Part shown: in pieces, positions 29,556 through 41,625 of the stretch
How positions within the stretch are numbered: the stretch's first letter is position 1
How the letters are laid out: each line of letters starts with the position of its first letter
Source: Trichinella spiralis
Lineage: Eukaryota
Direction of reading: 5' to 3'
Assembly: GCF_000181795.1 (NCBI RefSeq)
Contig: NW_003526943.1
Location: 5,573,806-5,637,805 of the forward strand
DNA: 64,000 bases
Notes under the pieces: generated by a model
The model's database searches: none
What the model saw: only the letters and a program-made list of their open reading frames with translations
What the model was told of the DNA's origin: nothing
Position numbers and translations under genes: made by a program

Positions 29556-32500
29556 ATGCCAGCAGTCGATTCAATTTCCGAACATACTAGCACAGAAGAT
29601 GGATTGGAGTCCATGAAAACGTCGCAAAATGCTAACAATAACACTGTGATGGATTTGGGTTTACAAATCAGGCAAATGTTGGAAAAGAAGATACGAAACA
29701 TGGAAAAAAGAAAAGTAAGTGGTTTATGTTTTTATACATATGTTATATCATTTTTGTTCAGGCAAAGTTGGAGAATTTGAAAGAAGCTTTACAGACTGGA
29801 AAAACACTCCATCCGGAGCAGGAAGTAATTGTCACGTTATTTAAGAAATTTGTTGATGTTTTGCACATGTTAAACTGAAAATGTGAATTTTCTAGAAAGC
29901 TACAGAAAAGGTATCTGAATTGAATCAACAGTTAGAGATGAGTCGTGAAATATTAAAGAACGTGAATACGATGATTAATGAAGTAATTTTTAATTTCATT
30001 TATTTTTTGTTAATGTTCTGTCTTTTTTAATAACTTTGTCTTTTTTGTTTAGCATAATCGTCAGCAAAAGTTATTACAGAAGAAGGAGCATCGTGATCGT
30101 ATGCAAGCGGAACACGCACGATTTAGAAATTTGTTAAACATGCAGGAATTGCTTAATGTTCTGGGAAACAACGATGTGCGCGTACACTTCGCCGAAGGCA
30201 CTGAAGGCGCAGTGGTGAGCCCATATACTTATACGTAAAAACTAATGCATTTATATATAAATCATATTTGTTTCAGAAATTGTCGCCAGAAGATTTACAC
30301 TTGTTGGATTTTTTATATCAGAAAATATGCCCTTCGTATGATGATGTTCACCAAGATGAAACATGGGCTAGCGTTTTGAACGAATCCGCAGACTGTGTAT
30401 GTATGCTTCTTTCTGCCTCACAGAAGCTTGTGCCGACGTTTAACGTTAGTTGTAAGTATTTGCATGTGTAAACAATTCACTCTTAATCATTTGGCAGCTT
30501 TTAGTTAATTTGAACTGTATGCATTTATTTTGATTAACATGCGATTTATTTTAAAAGTAAGGTTGTTCGTAGTAAATGTTTACTGTATTGAAAAATGTTC
30601 AAGGTCAATTGAACTGTGTTTTTTAAAAGTTGATCGTAATACATTGGATAAGAGAGTCTAGTAGAAGAACAATTTCTTTTGCATTAATATTTCAATATGC
30701 TTGCTACTTGAAGCTAATTGAATAAAATGTGATGAAAATTTTATATGTTTCAAATTATTTTATTCCTAGTTTTTATCCATAGTAAGTGTTAAAAACTTTT
30801 AGTTCGGACAGTTCGAGCAGTGATTGACGGCATTTTGGAATGTGAATTTTATAAACGTCGCACTAATGATCAGCACAATTCTAGTGACAGAAGTGAGTAA
30901 TTTCTTTGTTTTTGCAACTTTATAGGTTTAGTATTATTGTTAATTATTTTATGACAAAATATTGGACATATTATAGGATCGTCAAGTGAAGAAAAATCGA
31001 GGAAAGGCACTGAAGAGAGTGGTTTTGAAGATTTGAATGTTTCCAATGGTAATATGGACCAGTTAATGCCAGCTAGTCAACAGTTGCAAAATGCTGTTCC
31101 TCAACAACAACAACAACAACAGCAGCAGCAGCCACCGCTATCGCAGCAGAAAGGGCAACAATACGGCTATTTCAACGAAGTTCAATCAGTTAATGAGAGT
31201 GCGTTATATATATATATATATGTTTATAACTGTGCAACTATATATGTATATATAAATAAGAAATATATTGTTTTTGTTGAATACTTTTGTGATTTTAGAT
31301 GCACAAATTGCGGAGAATATAAACAAATTTTATGCCATGTCCATCGGAGGAGGTGCCACGTTTTATTCACAGAATGCTCTACTTCAGACTGGCAGTGCTG
31401 CATTTCCAGCAGTTAATGGTAATGTTTTAAATTGCATTGTTTACAATGTTTTTTTAATTATTATTTTTTTTATGCTTCTTAACTGTTCTGGTTTGCATAA
31501 CTTATTTCAAGATAAAGCTTTTGTGAAAAACTGTAATAAAGAAAATTAAGATTATATTTAAATTAATTGAAGTTTAAGGTTAAATGAGAGCATTATTTTG
31601 GTAATGCATTGCGGGTTTGGTTGGTAATTTTCCTCTTCGGCAATATCATCGAACTTTTGAGTAGATTATTATTGTTGAATCTTTTTTTCACAATAATTGA
31701 TTGTCTTCCTGTACATATTAGAGAATTTTGATAGTTACTTTTGTAATTTTATTTGAATTTTTAAAGATTTTGTTGTTCCTCCAAACGAACCGTCAGTGCA
31801 GACACACGACGGGAACATTATGTCCTCTTATGAAAGTCAAATTTCATCATCTCAAGATCATTGTTATCCAAGTAATCCAGAGTGTCCTTCGCAGGTTGCA
31901 CAATTTTGCGATAAAGGTAAACACGCTTAGTTGTAACTGTAGTAGTTTGTTTCACTTTATTAGTTAATTAGGCCACACAGATTCGTCTGTTGAACTTCCG
32001 GCTTATGCTACCTCACCGGATGTATCAGAAGATCAGCATGGTATGTTTCAATGATCAATGTAACCAATTTCACTCGTTGAGTTTGGACCCCAGGCATAAC
32101 TTAATTAGATGCACAACGAAACATCCTGCATGAAGTTTCATGCAATTGGACATTTGAATAAATTTTAAACATTTGTCCCAATTTTGAATTTCGTTATTGT
32201 TAATGTTCTTTCTTGCTGTTTTTAGTTAATCGGATGGAGCAATCCGAAGATGACATGACAGGCTTTCAGAATGTTCGTGGATCTCGTTCCAGAGCTCGTT
32301 ACAATAATGCTGTTCGTACTGCTGACGGTTTTCGAGGTGGACGAGGTCGTGGTCGTGGAGGACGACCAGGCGGTGGATATTCCAAACGTATTGACTCTTT
32401 TATCTTTTGCTCAAGTTGAAATACTGCTTAACAATAATAATAATTGATATTTTTCAAGCGCGTGGAAAGCACAATAATTTCGATCCAAATGGAGGATCCA

Positions 32501-32772
32501 ACTTTATTGGAGATGATCGAGGTTATGGTGGTGGTGGTGGTGGTGGTGGCCAGCATTTTGGGCGATGGGACAACAGGGACGCGCAAAGGGATGAACAACA
32601 TCGAAAATCGGCAGCTCCCACGGGCGAATTTCACGCCGAGAATAAGGAGTTTTCTGCAGAAAGGGGAAAAGAATGGTCTGATCGTGGTTCATCCGGTGGT
32701 CGACGTGTCGGTCGCGGGCGTGGCCGATATCGTGGGGGCAATGGCGGTGGTATTCGTGGTGGCCGTCCATAA
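29556..32772 (+). CDS. Caprin-family RNA-binding protein (HR1 coiled coil, Q-rich middle, RGG tail)
   Basis: QMLEKKIRNMEKRK|AKLENLKEAL..GKTLHPEQE, LLNMQELLNVLGNNDVRVHFAEGTEGAV|KLSPEDLHLLDFLYQKI match Caprin HR1 and dimerisation regions. Poly-Q near 31102; RGG-rich C-terminus. Confidence 0.85.
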
Positions 32773-33165
32773 CACGCAACGATGAACAACAACAACAACA
32801 TTTCCCTGCAACTGCGTTATTATATTGTCGTATTTTTTTAAAAAAAGCAGAGTTATAATAAGAGCCAATTTGTAAGAAAAAAAGCAACCAAAATATTCAT
32901 TCAGCTTTTTTCTCCTGTTGTTTTTGTGTAGCGTAGAGAAGAGGCCCGCTTTAATTAATTTAAATTTGTTCGTGGCGTTTTTCAATGCCAGAATCGGTTG
33001 GCTCGATTTTCTCATTCTATTCTTTTCTACATTTTCTTTTTCATAAGTTGGGCGACGAGTTTTCTAATAAAATTGATATATGAACGAAGAACGGTTCAGA
33101 TTCACAAGTGTCGGCTTTACATTTTAAAATAAGCATGTCACTTGTTGTCCAACTGTGATCGATCA

Positions 33166-35933
33166 TCATTGGCAATTTTTGTCCGTAGATTCTGCAATTA
33201 AGAATGAAACGAAAAATAAAATCAATTAATAAGAAATAAATAATTTTCATAACATGCCAATTATTTGATTGTTAACTTTTTTGGAGAACTTGCTTTCCAC
33301 GTCGTGCAATCTTTCGGCAAGAATTCTGAAAATCGTCATACATTAATTAATGGATGTGTGGAATTTTTTAAATGGGCAATTGAAAAAATTGCAAAGGATT
33401 TAGCGTTAATTAGGCGAGCACAATTGGAAGAAGAAGTTACTTGTTTGCTTTGCGTAGGTGCATTACTGCTACAGTTTTGTCGTTAATAGCGTCGAGAAGC
33501 ATGTGTGAAATTTGTCTATAGTCCAAGTTCAAGCAGTTTGTGTTTCGATCTTTCTCAATTGCTTGAACAACTGCAGCCGATTGATTTTAGCATTGAACAA
33601 AAACAACTTTCCATTATTGAATAATTCAAAAAAAAGAAAAAAATTACTCTGCTTAATAGTGTACAGTGGAACGTCGGTCGAATTAGCAACGGTTGTTTGT
33701 TTCACGGTGGGCGTGGTCAGTGGAGCAACGCCGGCTTTGTCATTTGAAGATGAGTCACCAGCAGCTGAGAATCCAAATCTCATTACCCCTTTTCTTTTCT
33801 CTATAGCTTTCTAAAATGTTGACCAATTAGCACAACAATTTCAACTTGTGGGAGGGGGGATGAAATTTAAATTACCTTGTATTTGGATAGTATTGTTTTG
33901 CTTGTTAAATTTTCCTCTTTCAAACTTTCCACTTGTTGTTTGAGAAAACGGTTTTCGCTCAGCAAATCTTCCACATCCGGAATATTGTTCCCACTGCCGT
34001 TCAACAACGCGTACAATTCTTGATTCACTTTGTTGAATTTGGTCTGATAACCGTCTCGTTCTATTGTTAATTCCTCTTTTTCGCACAAAACCATTTTCAA
34101 ATCTTTCACCAATTGACTATTCTATTGAATAATATCGTTCACTTATTTGTATCAATAAATTATATTTAAAGTTGATGGGGCACAATTTAACATTCTTTCT
34201 TTATGGATATTTTTTTCTGAAAACCAATACAAACCTTTGTGGTTAATATTTCAAGATTTTTCAACATTTCCGCTTCTGAACAAGCACAATCATTTTGATG
34301 GTACTTTTCTTTCTCATTTTTTGCCGTCTCCAAACTGGCTAACTTTTGTCTCAAACACTAAAAAAAAGAATATCTTTTCACATATTCAAATTTAAAATTT
34401 TTTAATTAAACAAAAGCTTCAGATGCTTGCTTTCGCATCTCCGTGGGCTTCGGCCAATTCAGCGTTCAGATGCTCAATTTCCGCACTCAGTGCACGGTTT
34501 TCGTCGTTGACGCGATTCAGCGTCTGCAAAATATCCGCCTGATCTTTGCGGCTAGTCTGTTCCGCTTGTTGTTCTCTAATTTTTTGCGCCTTCAACAAGC
34601 GTCTCTGCTCTCGACACTTCAACGCCAGTTCGGCGCATTTGCGCTGCAAATTGTCCCTCTCATCTTGACAACTGGCAAGCTCTTGGCTTATTATGAGCAA
34701 CGCTTCGGCTTTTCGATCGAGTTTCAACTGCGCAAGTTTATACTAAAAATTGCAACTCTTTTTCACTCACACTGGGCAATATGAAATTTACATGAAAAAG
34801 AAAATTATTTGATTAAAAAATAATACTTGAAAATCATTTTCTTTTTGTAACTTTCGTAATTTTATTGTTTTCTCATTTAAATTAAATTATTAATTAAGTT
34901 AATTAAATTAAAGTATTGTGCCAAATTAATGCTATAAGCTAAATGCAAATTTTAAATTTTTTGTAATTTGAAGATTTCCCTTATTATTATTATTATTAAT
35001 TCAGCGTTTACATAGGCAGTAGTCAGTTAATGTGTAAGTCAATATTTCAGAATTTGTCATAAATCTACAGACCAAAGTGACGTGCACACTGAATACACAT
35101 TGGATCTGTTGCGCTAATCAATTGTAAATTTCAGCTTTATTCAGTTTAAATTTACAATCGTAATTTTACAAAGAAAAAAAATAACTGATACAATAAATAA
35201 CTTAGAATCTTATTTATACTGACAAAGTTTGGATGCTGAATAATGAAGCTACTTTTTGTAACAAAATAAACGAGGAAATGTAAAACACGTCGAGTGTATC
35301 TTAAGATCAATAGATTTCATGGAATAAATAAACACTTCAAAACTATTAGGTGCCTATTATAACGGTAAGTAAAGACAATATGCGCTGATGGATAAGATGG
35401 ATTGAACAATTTCCACTCTACATCAGTGTGATAACACTTTGATTCGATATTTAAGCTTTTGAAATTTCAGTAATATGTATTTGAATTCAACAGTTTCAAC
35501 GTAATTTAAACGATAATTTCAGTTCACAATTGTTTATGTCTGTGTCATTATCTGAAAAGTCTGAAGCGTTTCTAATTTTTTGAACCAGTTTAATCACTAG
35601 ACAAATGCATAATCATACAGTTTAAAGTAAGCAGTGATTGAAAGTCAATGATTATGACAATTAAAAATTACTTTTCATCAGATGTTCAATATACAAGTTC
35701 TAAATGAGCTAAATAAACGAAAGAAAATGACAGACTGGTCAAACCTCAGCTCAGTGTCAAGGTTTTTTATCGATCACATATTCTTACGTATTAAATTTAA
35801 ATAATTTCGATCGAAAAATGCCATTTTTCTCTAAATTCCGTTGACTCTGACGTGCAAATACAACCTTCAGTGTACAACATACCTCGTTTGACAATTTTTC
35901 ATTTTCTTCTAAAAGCCGAAGATTTGATTCCAT
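33166..35933 (-). CDS. CCDC149: Coiled-coil domain-containing protein 149 homologue
   Basis: First exon 35933-35883 MESNLRLLEENEKLSNE joins YKLAQLKLDRKAEALLIISQELASCQDERD; also EELTIERDGYQTKFNKVNQEL, DVEDLLSENRFLKQQV, LLDAINDKTVAVMHLRKANKILAERL. The stop is at either 33247 or 33166. Confidence 0.85.
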
Positions 35934-36257
35934 CGGCCAGCGTGACAGGAAAAAGCCAATAATACCAAGCAGACTGACGCTAGATCGTCTTAAATAGTGG
36001 CAGTGGTGCATACATCCCACGTACATTCGAAAAATTATCGATCGCCATTCAGTCGAACTTGAGCTTGATTTTAAACTCGACATTAATTGAATTTTCGCTG
36101 AATTGAAATTTAAGGAACTTCTAACACCGAAGTACTTGGTCGCACTGTTTTCATTGCATGCGTTGTTTCTCTTCGATGTCGCTTTTTCAATGCGATGAAA
36201 CATCTTCCAATCTATTAATTGTTTTGTATATTCTACTGTTTATTAAGCCGTTTATGT

Positions 36258-36285
36258 ATGTGTGTGTGTGTGTGTGTGTATGTGT
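36258..36285. repeat. (TG)n microsatellite
   Basis: tgtgtgtgtgtgtgtgtgtgtatgtgt run. Confidence 0.9.
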
Positions 36286-36588
36286 CATCTTTTCTATAAT
36301 TTGAATTTCTTTTCTATTAAAATTATTAATGAATTATTGATTTAGTCACAAATCCGCACTGTTGGTTACGTGATGCATGAAAATGCTGTTTTCCTTGAAT
36401 TTCAACCCACACCAATGTTTGATTGTTGTTTTGCAAATGTCATTTCAGGTAAACTAAAAATTTGCAATTACAAATTTGAATAAATTTCAAATGACATATT
36501 TTATTTCTGTTTTTTTACTGCGGTCCACCATTTGTGGATATTTATAATTATGCAAAAATTAATTTTTTGTTCCGCAGAAGAGTGATTT

Positions 36589-37702
36589 TCATTTCTCTTC
36601 CAATTTGTACGTAATCCAACTGGTGAAAGCTGAAACACGCGTGAATACATTCGTCAAATCACCGATAGAAACGCTGGCAACACCATGTTGAACCCAAGTT
36701 TTTTCGCCGGGTCGAATGCACATCAACGGACCGCCAGAATCTCCCTGAAAATGATTTCGACCACATGCATCAAATGAAATATCCTATTTAAAATTAATAA
36801 TCAAAAGTGATAAAACTTTGGCAATCGAAGCTGCATTTTTGTCCAACGTGTAAATCATGTTGCCTGTTTCTTTAAATTTTTCATACGACGCATACATCAG
36901 CTCTTTTCCGGAAGACAGCGCGCTTTTTCCTGTAATAGAAATTTGAAATTTGACTAAAAATTGAACATCCAACGGCAATTGAATCATCCTTTGTGAGCTT
37001 ACTGACAGTTCGTCCCCAGCCGGCGAAATAGCAGGCTTTTCCTTCGATGTTGTCCCCACTCTGCGGCAGGCAAATAGAACGGACGTAGCTGCTGTATGGG
37101 ATTGGCTTTGTCAATTTCACCAGCGCAATGTCGTTGATGCTAACTTGATGCTTCTGATAACCGTCGTGTGTTATAATTTTGGCGGATGTGCGTTTTTTGC
37201 GCAAAGGTTCTTCGATGCTCATGTCGTACGATGCGAAACGCACATACGCAATTTGAGGGTTCCCGAATGGACCTCTTAAAAAAGGGATGGTTACATTTTC
37301 ACCTTTGCAATGATAATAATATTATTAATTATTCAGTTTTGCTTACTTGTTGTTTCGGAAGCAGTGAGCAGCCGTGACAACGTATACTGAACTGTTGGTC
37401 ATTTTTGGTGTATCTATCAAGGAACCCGTGCATGTTCGGAGGTCGGGAAATAAGTTTTTCCTTTTCGATTCGATGGTGATATGAGCTAGCCATGGAAACG
37501 CGTGCGGAATTGCCCTTGCACCGTTGACAATTCTGTTCCCTTTCACTCCGTCCAGCTTACTCTGACTGGGACCTTCTCCACACTGGAAAATGCAAATTAT
37601 TAATTCATAAATATTCTTCAAATCAGATCACAAACTGACACCACTGGCCACATAGTTACAATAGGATAAGATGGTGAAAAATGAGACGATTGCGAATTTC
37701 AT
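36589..37702 (-). CDS. Secreted S1 (chymotrypsin-fold) serine protease, atypical
   Basis: Signal peptide MKFAIVSFFTILSYC, activation site NR-IVNG, TAAHC, NDIALVKL, ICLP, FAGWG and GDSGGP. Stop at 36589-36591. Confidence 0.92.
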
Positions 37703-40700
37703 CCTTTTCTAAACTGGATGAATGTAATTTGAATTTGTCGTGCATAGTCATTTTATACTGAAGCAAAATTCAAGAATACAAAAATTGTTTATTACAATTT
37801 CTGCTTCAAATGAAAGGTCTTTGCTGGAAAAGAGGTGCAATTTATCACACTTTCTATTCTTCGCTCGTATAATTTGATTTTAAACCTTCTTCATTAAATA
37901 AACAACAAATGAATACCAATGTATACCTTCAATAGGCAGACATTTGCTGAAATCTGTTGCTCCATGTGAACTGCTAACGACAATGCAATTACGCTATGTA
38001 AACTGAACTTCACACTGTTCATTATATATTATTAGCTACAAGCACAATGAACTTTATTATGCATATTCACAATTTCACGGTTGGTAAATAACAGAAAGCA
38101 AAAATTGAAATTAAACAAACGTGACGTAAGTGAAAAATTTTTCATTAACTGGGATTACAGATAGAAAGCATCAAAATGAGAGCAAAGTATATCATTGAAC
38201 TATGCTTGCACTTTTGAACACATTACTTACTACCCGCAAAAAACTTAAACTATTCCCATTTCCTTTTCTGCTACTTGACAAATTAAAACTAGTTATTATT
38301 TTTTTTATAAATATGATTTCAAATAACTTCATCAGAGTTCATTAAAAATTATCCACATTAATAATAAATAGCTTATCGTGTTCATCAGTTTAGCCACACC
38401 ATTGGAACGCATTTCCTCAAGGAATATGAGCATTTTTTGCTCGTTGTTGAGGTCAAAATCTTGCGCCGCAGAACATTTTCGCTTTTATGGCCTTCTCTTG
38501 CCAACTGACTATCATTTGTTTGAATAAATGAAGCTCCATTTCAACAACAACAATATTAAAACAAAGCAGTGAGATAAACACGGATGCATATTATTTCGCT
38601 GATTACCAACTGAAATCAATGATGAAAAATAGAAATTATTTTACAAAATGAATCTGTTCAAAAAAGGCATATTTTTCATTTCACATTCCATGCGACGAGA
38701 CCAATACTCATCATAGTAGACAATGGACAAAATCTGCATGAAGAAGTTCGTCCTAAGGTAAACACAATTGCATTGTTTTGTTTTTCATGTTTCCTTTTAT
38801 TATACATAATGCTATATCAGTAGTATTTAATTTACATATTGAATTATGCATTTTTATTCATTTTTTTACTGTTTACGCTAAATTATTTACCACGCTTGAT
38901 CGAAAACATGCAAATTTTAAAAGTATCCAACTGATTTTTCTTGAACTAAATTGAAATAATCCACTCTTGACACTGGTTTTTTAGTACTTAATTTTGCTTT
39001 CTACGCGAACTTTAAGCTTTTCATCATCAAAGAAAGTTTTTCACTACGTATTGTTCATCCTTGTAATACAGTTATTTACAATTGTTGTAGCTTCATCATC
39101 TTCCGTTTGTTCTTCATCTAACGAACATCTGAGATAAATCATACGTAATTTGAATTCATAATAAAAATGTAATGTAAGCTATTTCAAAAAATAATAAAAA
39201 CAATAAATTTTACGAAAAAGTTACCAAAAAAACAGAAAATTATTACATAGCTCGAATTTAAAAAAATTTACATTTTAACATTAAATAACAGAAATTGAAT
39301 AGCAGCTCCGCTTTTTTCTATTCTATTGCATGATATAGAATTATGACAACCTTCATCAATAAATAAAGTTACTTGTAAAAAATAAATTTAAACAAACAGT
39401 TCATATTGATGATTATCTTTTAAATCTAAAGTAAAAATTAAAAGCTTGCTGTTATAATCAAATCACCTGTCGCATTTTTTGCTGCAGTTTAAAATTCTGT
39501 TAAATGATTTTAAGGTGCAATTTTCAAACAAAACTTACTGCATAATAATGAAATTATGTACTATAAAAAGCGGTTGGTTGTACATTTTGACTAAAGAAAA
39601 TTTTGTCTTCACTTTTTGTAAAAATAAATTTCAATAATTTGCAAATAAACTTTATGTATCGCTCCTTTATCTGTCCTTTTATTTATCTATATCTCTGTAG
39701 AAGAATTGGAATGTACATTTAAAAAATTATTTTTTTACAAATAATTATTCTTCATTACAGACTTATAGTAATGAAAATCTTTTTAGATTCAGAAAAATTC
39801 TTAAAAATGTAAAAATTTTTATAACGATTTAGCGTTATTTTACATTCATGCTTTAAGATAAATTTTAATAATATCATAAGTTTAATTCATCAGCTTTAAA
39901 TTCACGCTGGAGTGTTTTGTTAAATATCTCTATTTGTATTTCAAAGTTCATTTGATCCGTAAATTATAAAATATCAAATAAATCTTGAGCTGTCAGCTGA
40001 AATTGAATTTTTATTTATGCGCATTTTTCGAACGTTAATCGTTGTGATATCATTTTGCATATTATGTACTTTGTTTTTTAATTTAAAATTTCACTTGCGT
40101 ATGTTAAATTGTTGTTTTTTCAATTCTTAAAATAAAAATACAAAGTTCACTTGTGTAAAAACATAAAAATCTACACTTTATTTTCTCGCCATTCTTTATT
40201 TTTACTTTTTTTCTTTTTACGCAGTATTCATAATTATGAAATAATTAATGACGAATAATAATTTTACCAAATGCAAAATGTGACATTTTTAATTGAATAA
40301 ATTTTCTTTAAAGTGCAGATTTGCTAAATGACTTTTCAACAAATTTATTTCAGCACTGTAAGCAGAGGATTGATTAGACTGTGCAATTAGCAGTTTCATA
40401 TCACTGACTATTTAATTTAGTCAATGTCAGTTTACGCAGTTTTTCAATTAAATTTGTTGCACAGTACCCACATCTATATTTAAAAAAATTAATTATCCGA
40501 TAGTGAACATTGACAAAGCTTTATTTACTCAATTTTACTATCTGGTACCTGAAATAATATCAATGCTAATTTGGCAGTTATTCACAAATATATTTATTTA
40601 ATAATTGATACTGTAAGTGTTAATTTAATAACTCTTGTGAAAATAAGAATTTCACTTTGACTGCCTTCGATAATTTGCAAGAGAAAGCGTATAAAGATAT

Positions 40701-41625
40701 TTGCAAACAAATTATAACTTTTAAATTAATTTTGAATAAATGCATACAATGGACAATGGGTAGATGATATTATTTTGAATTTCAAACATTGATTATAAAA
40801 GATGGCGTGGAATTTTCAATTATTGCAAGAACTGAGTGATCGCATTTAACGTGCATAATCAAATGATGATGACGTTTCTTATTTTTGATAAACAACAATA
40901 AATTGAAAGACCACTTTTGCAAAATATTATTCAAATCAAACATTGAAGTGGATGCTAAATAGAAAATGATGCGAGCAGTAAATTTCTTTGCGTCATGATT
41001 TGCAAGGGACGTGAGAAGATGAAGCTGCTTTTCAATGAAGCTGATTGATTGTGAAAGTAGATAAGATTCTGTTGCGCTGTTTGTTCAAAAATATAATTTA
41101 GTTCGTGTTTTTCTTTGATTGCAACAATATTTTCGTTTGAACAAACGCATAATTGAATAGCTTGCTGTGAGAAAAGCGTGTTTAGCAACAAAATCAATTA
41201 ATTTCGTAATGCTCAGCTGTTTCGTGAAAGTTGGAATAAAACGGTTCAATGAACAACCAGTAGAATGGTGACAGTCGCATTTTTTGCTGTCACATTGACA
41301 GTCCTCTATTTTTGTCCAATGAAATTCTATATCCGGTAGATCAGAGAAGCAGTCTGTCTTTAAAATTAGCAGATTATCTCACAAAGATGAAACAAAATAT
41401 TCCATGGCAAGAGAAGCTTTGTGGAATCTAACCAACCGCGACAGCTGACTCAGCCAAGTGAACGTCTCCATTTTCCATGCGATTGCTTTGCTTCTTCATT
41501 CTGCTTGACGTTTGCGAGCTTCTCCACTTGCCCATTCGGTTAAATGGATTGCTGCATTTTTGCTACAGACTAGGAAGGGTTGATTTTTTTTTTCGTTGCG
41601 CATCAGCTGTATTCAACATTTTAAA

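Noticed and set aside
32126..32145. Palindrome tgcatgaa-gt-ttcatgca in a Caprin intron
   Set aside because: An 8-bp stem can arise by chance in 64 kb; no supporting boxes.
32428..33015. Alternative-frame ORFs with poly-V, poly-H and poly-T
   Set aside because: Other readings of the (GGT)n poly-Gly tract in the Caprin last exon.
35934..36203. 139-aa minus ORF as an independent gene
   Set aside because: Only 35933-35883 is needed, as the first CCDC149 exon; the rest looks like UTR or intron.
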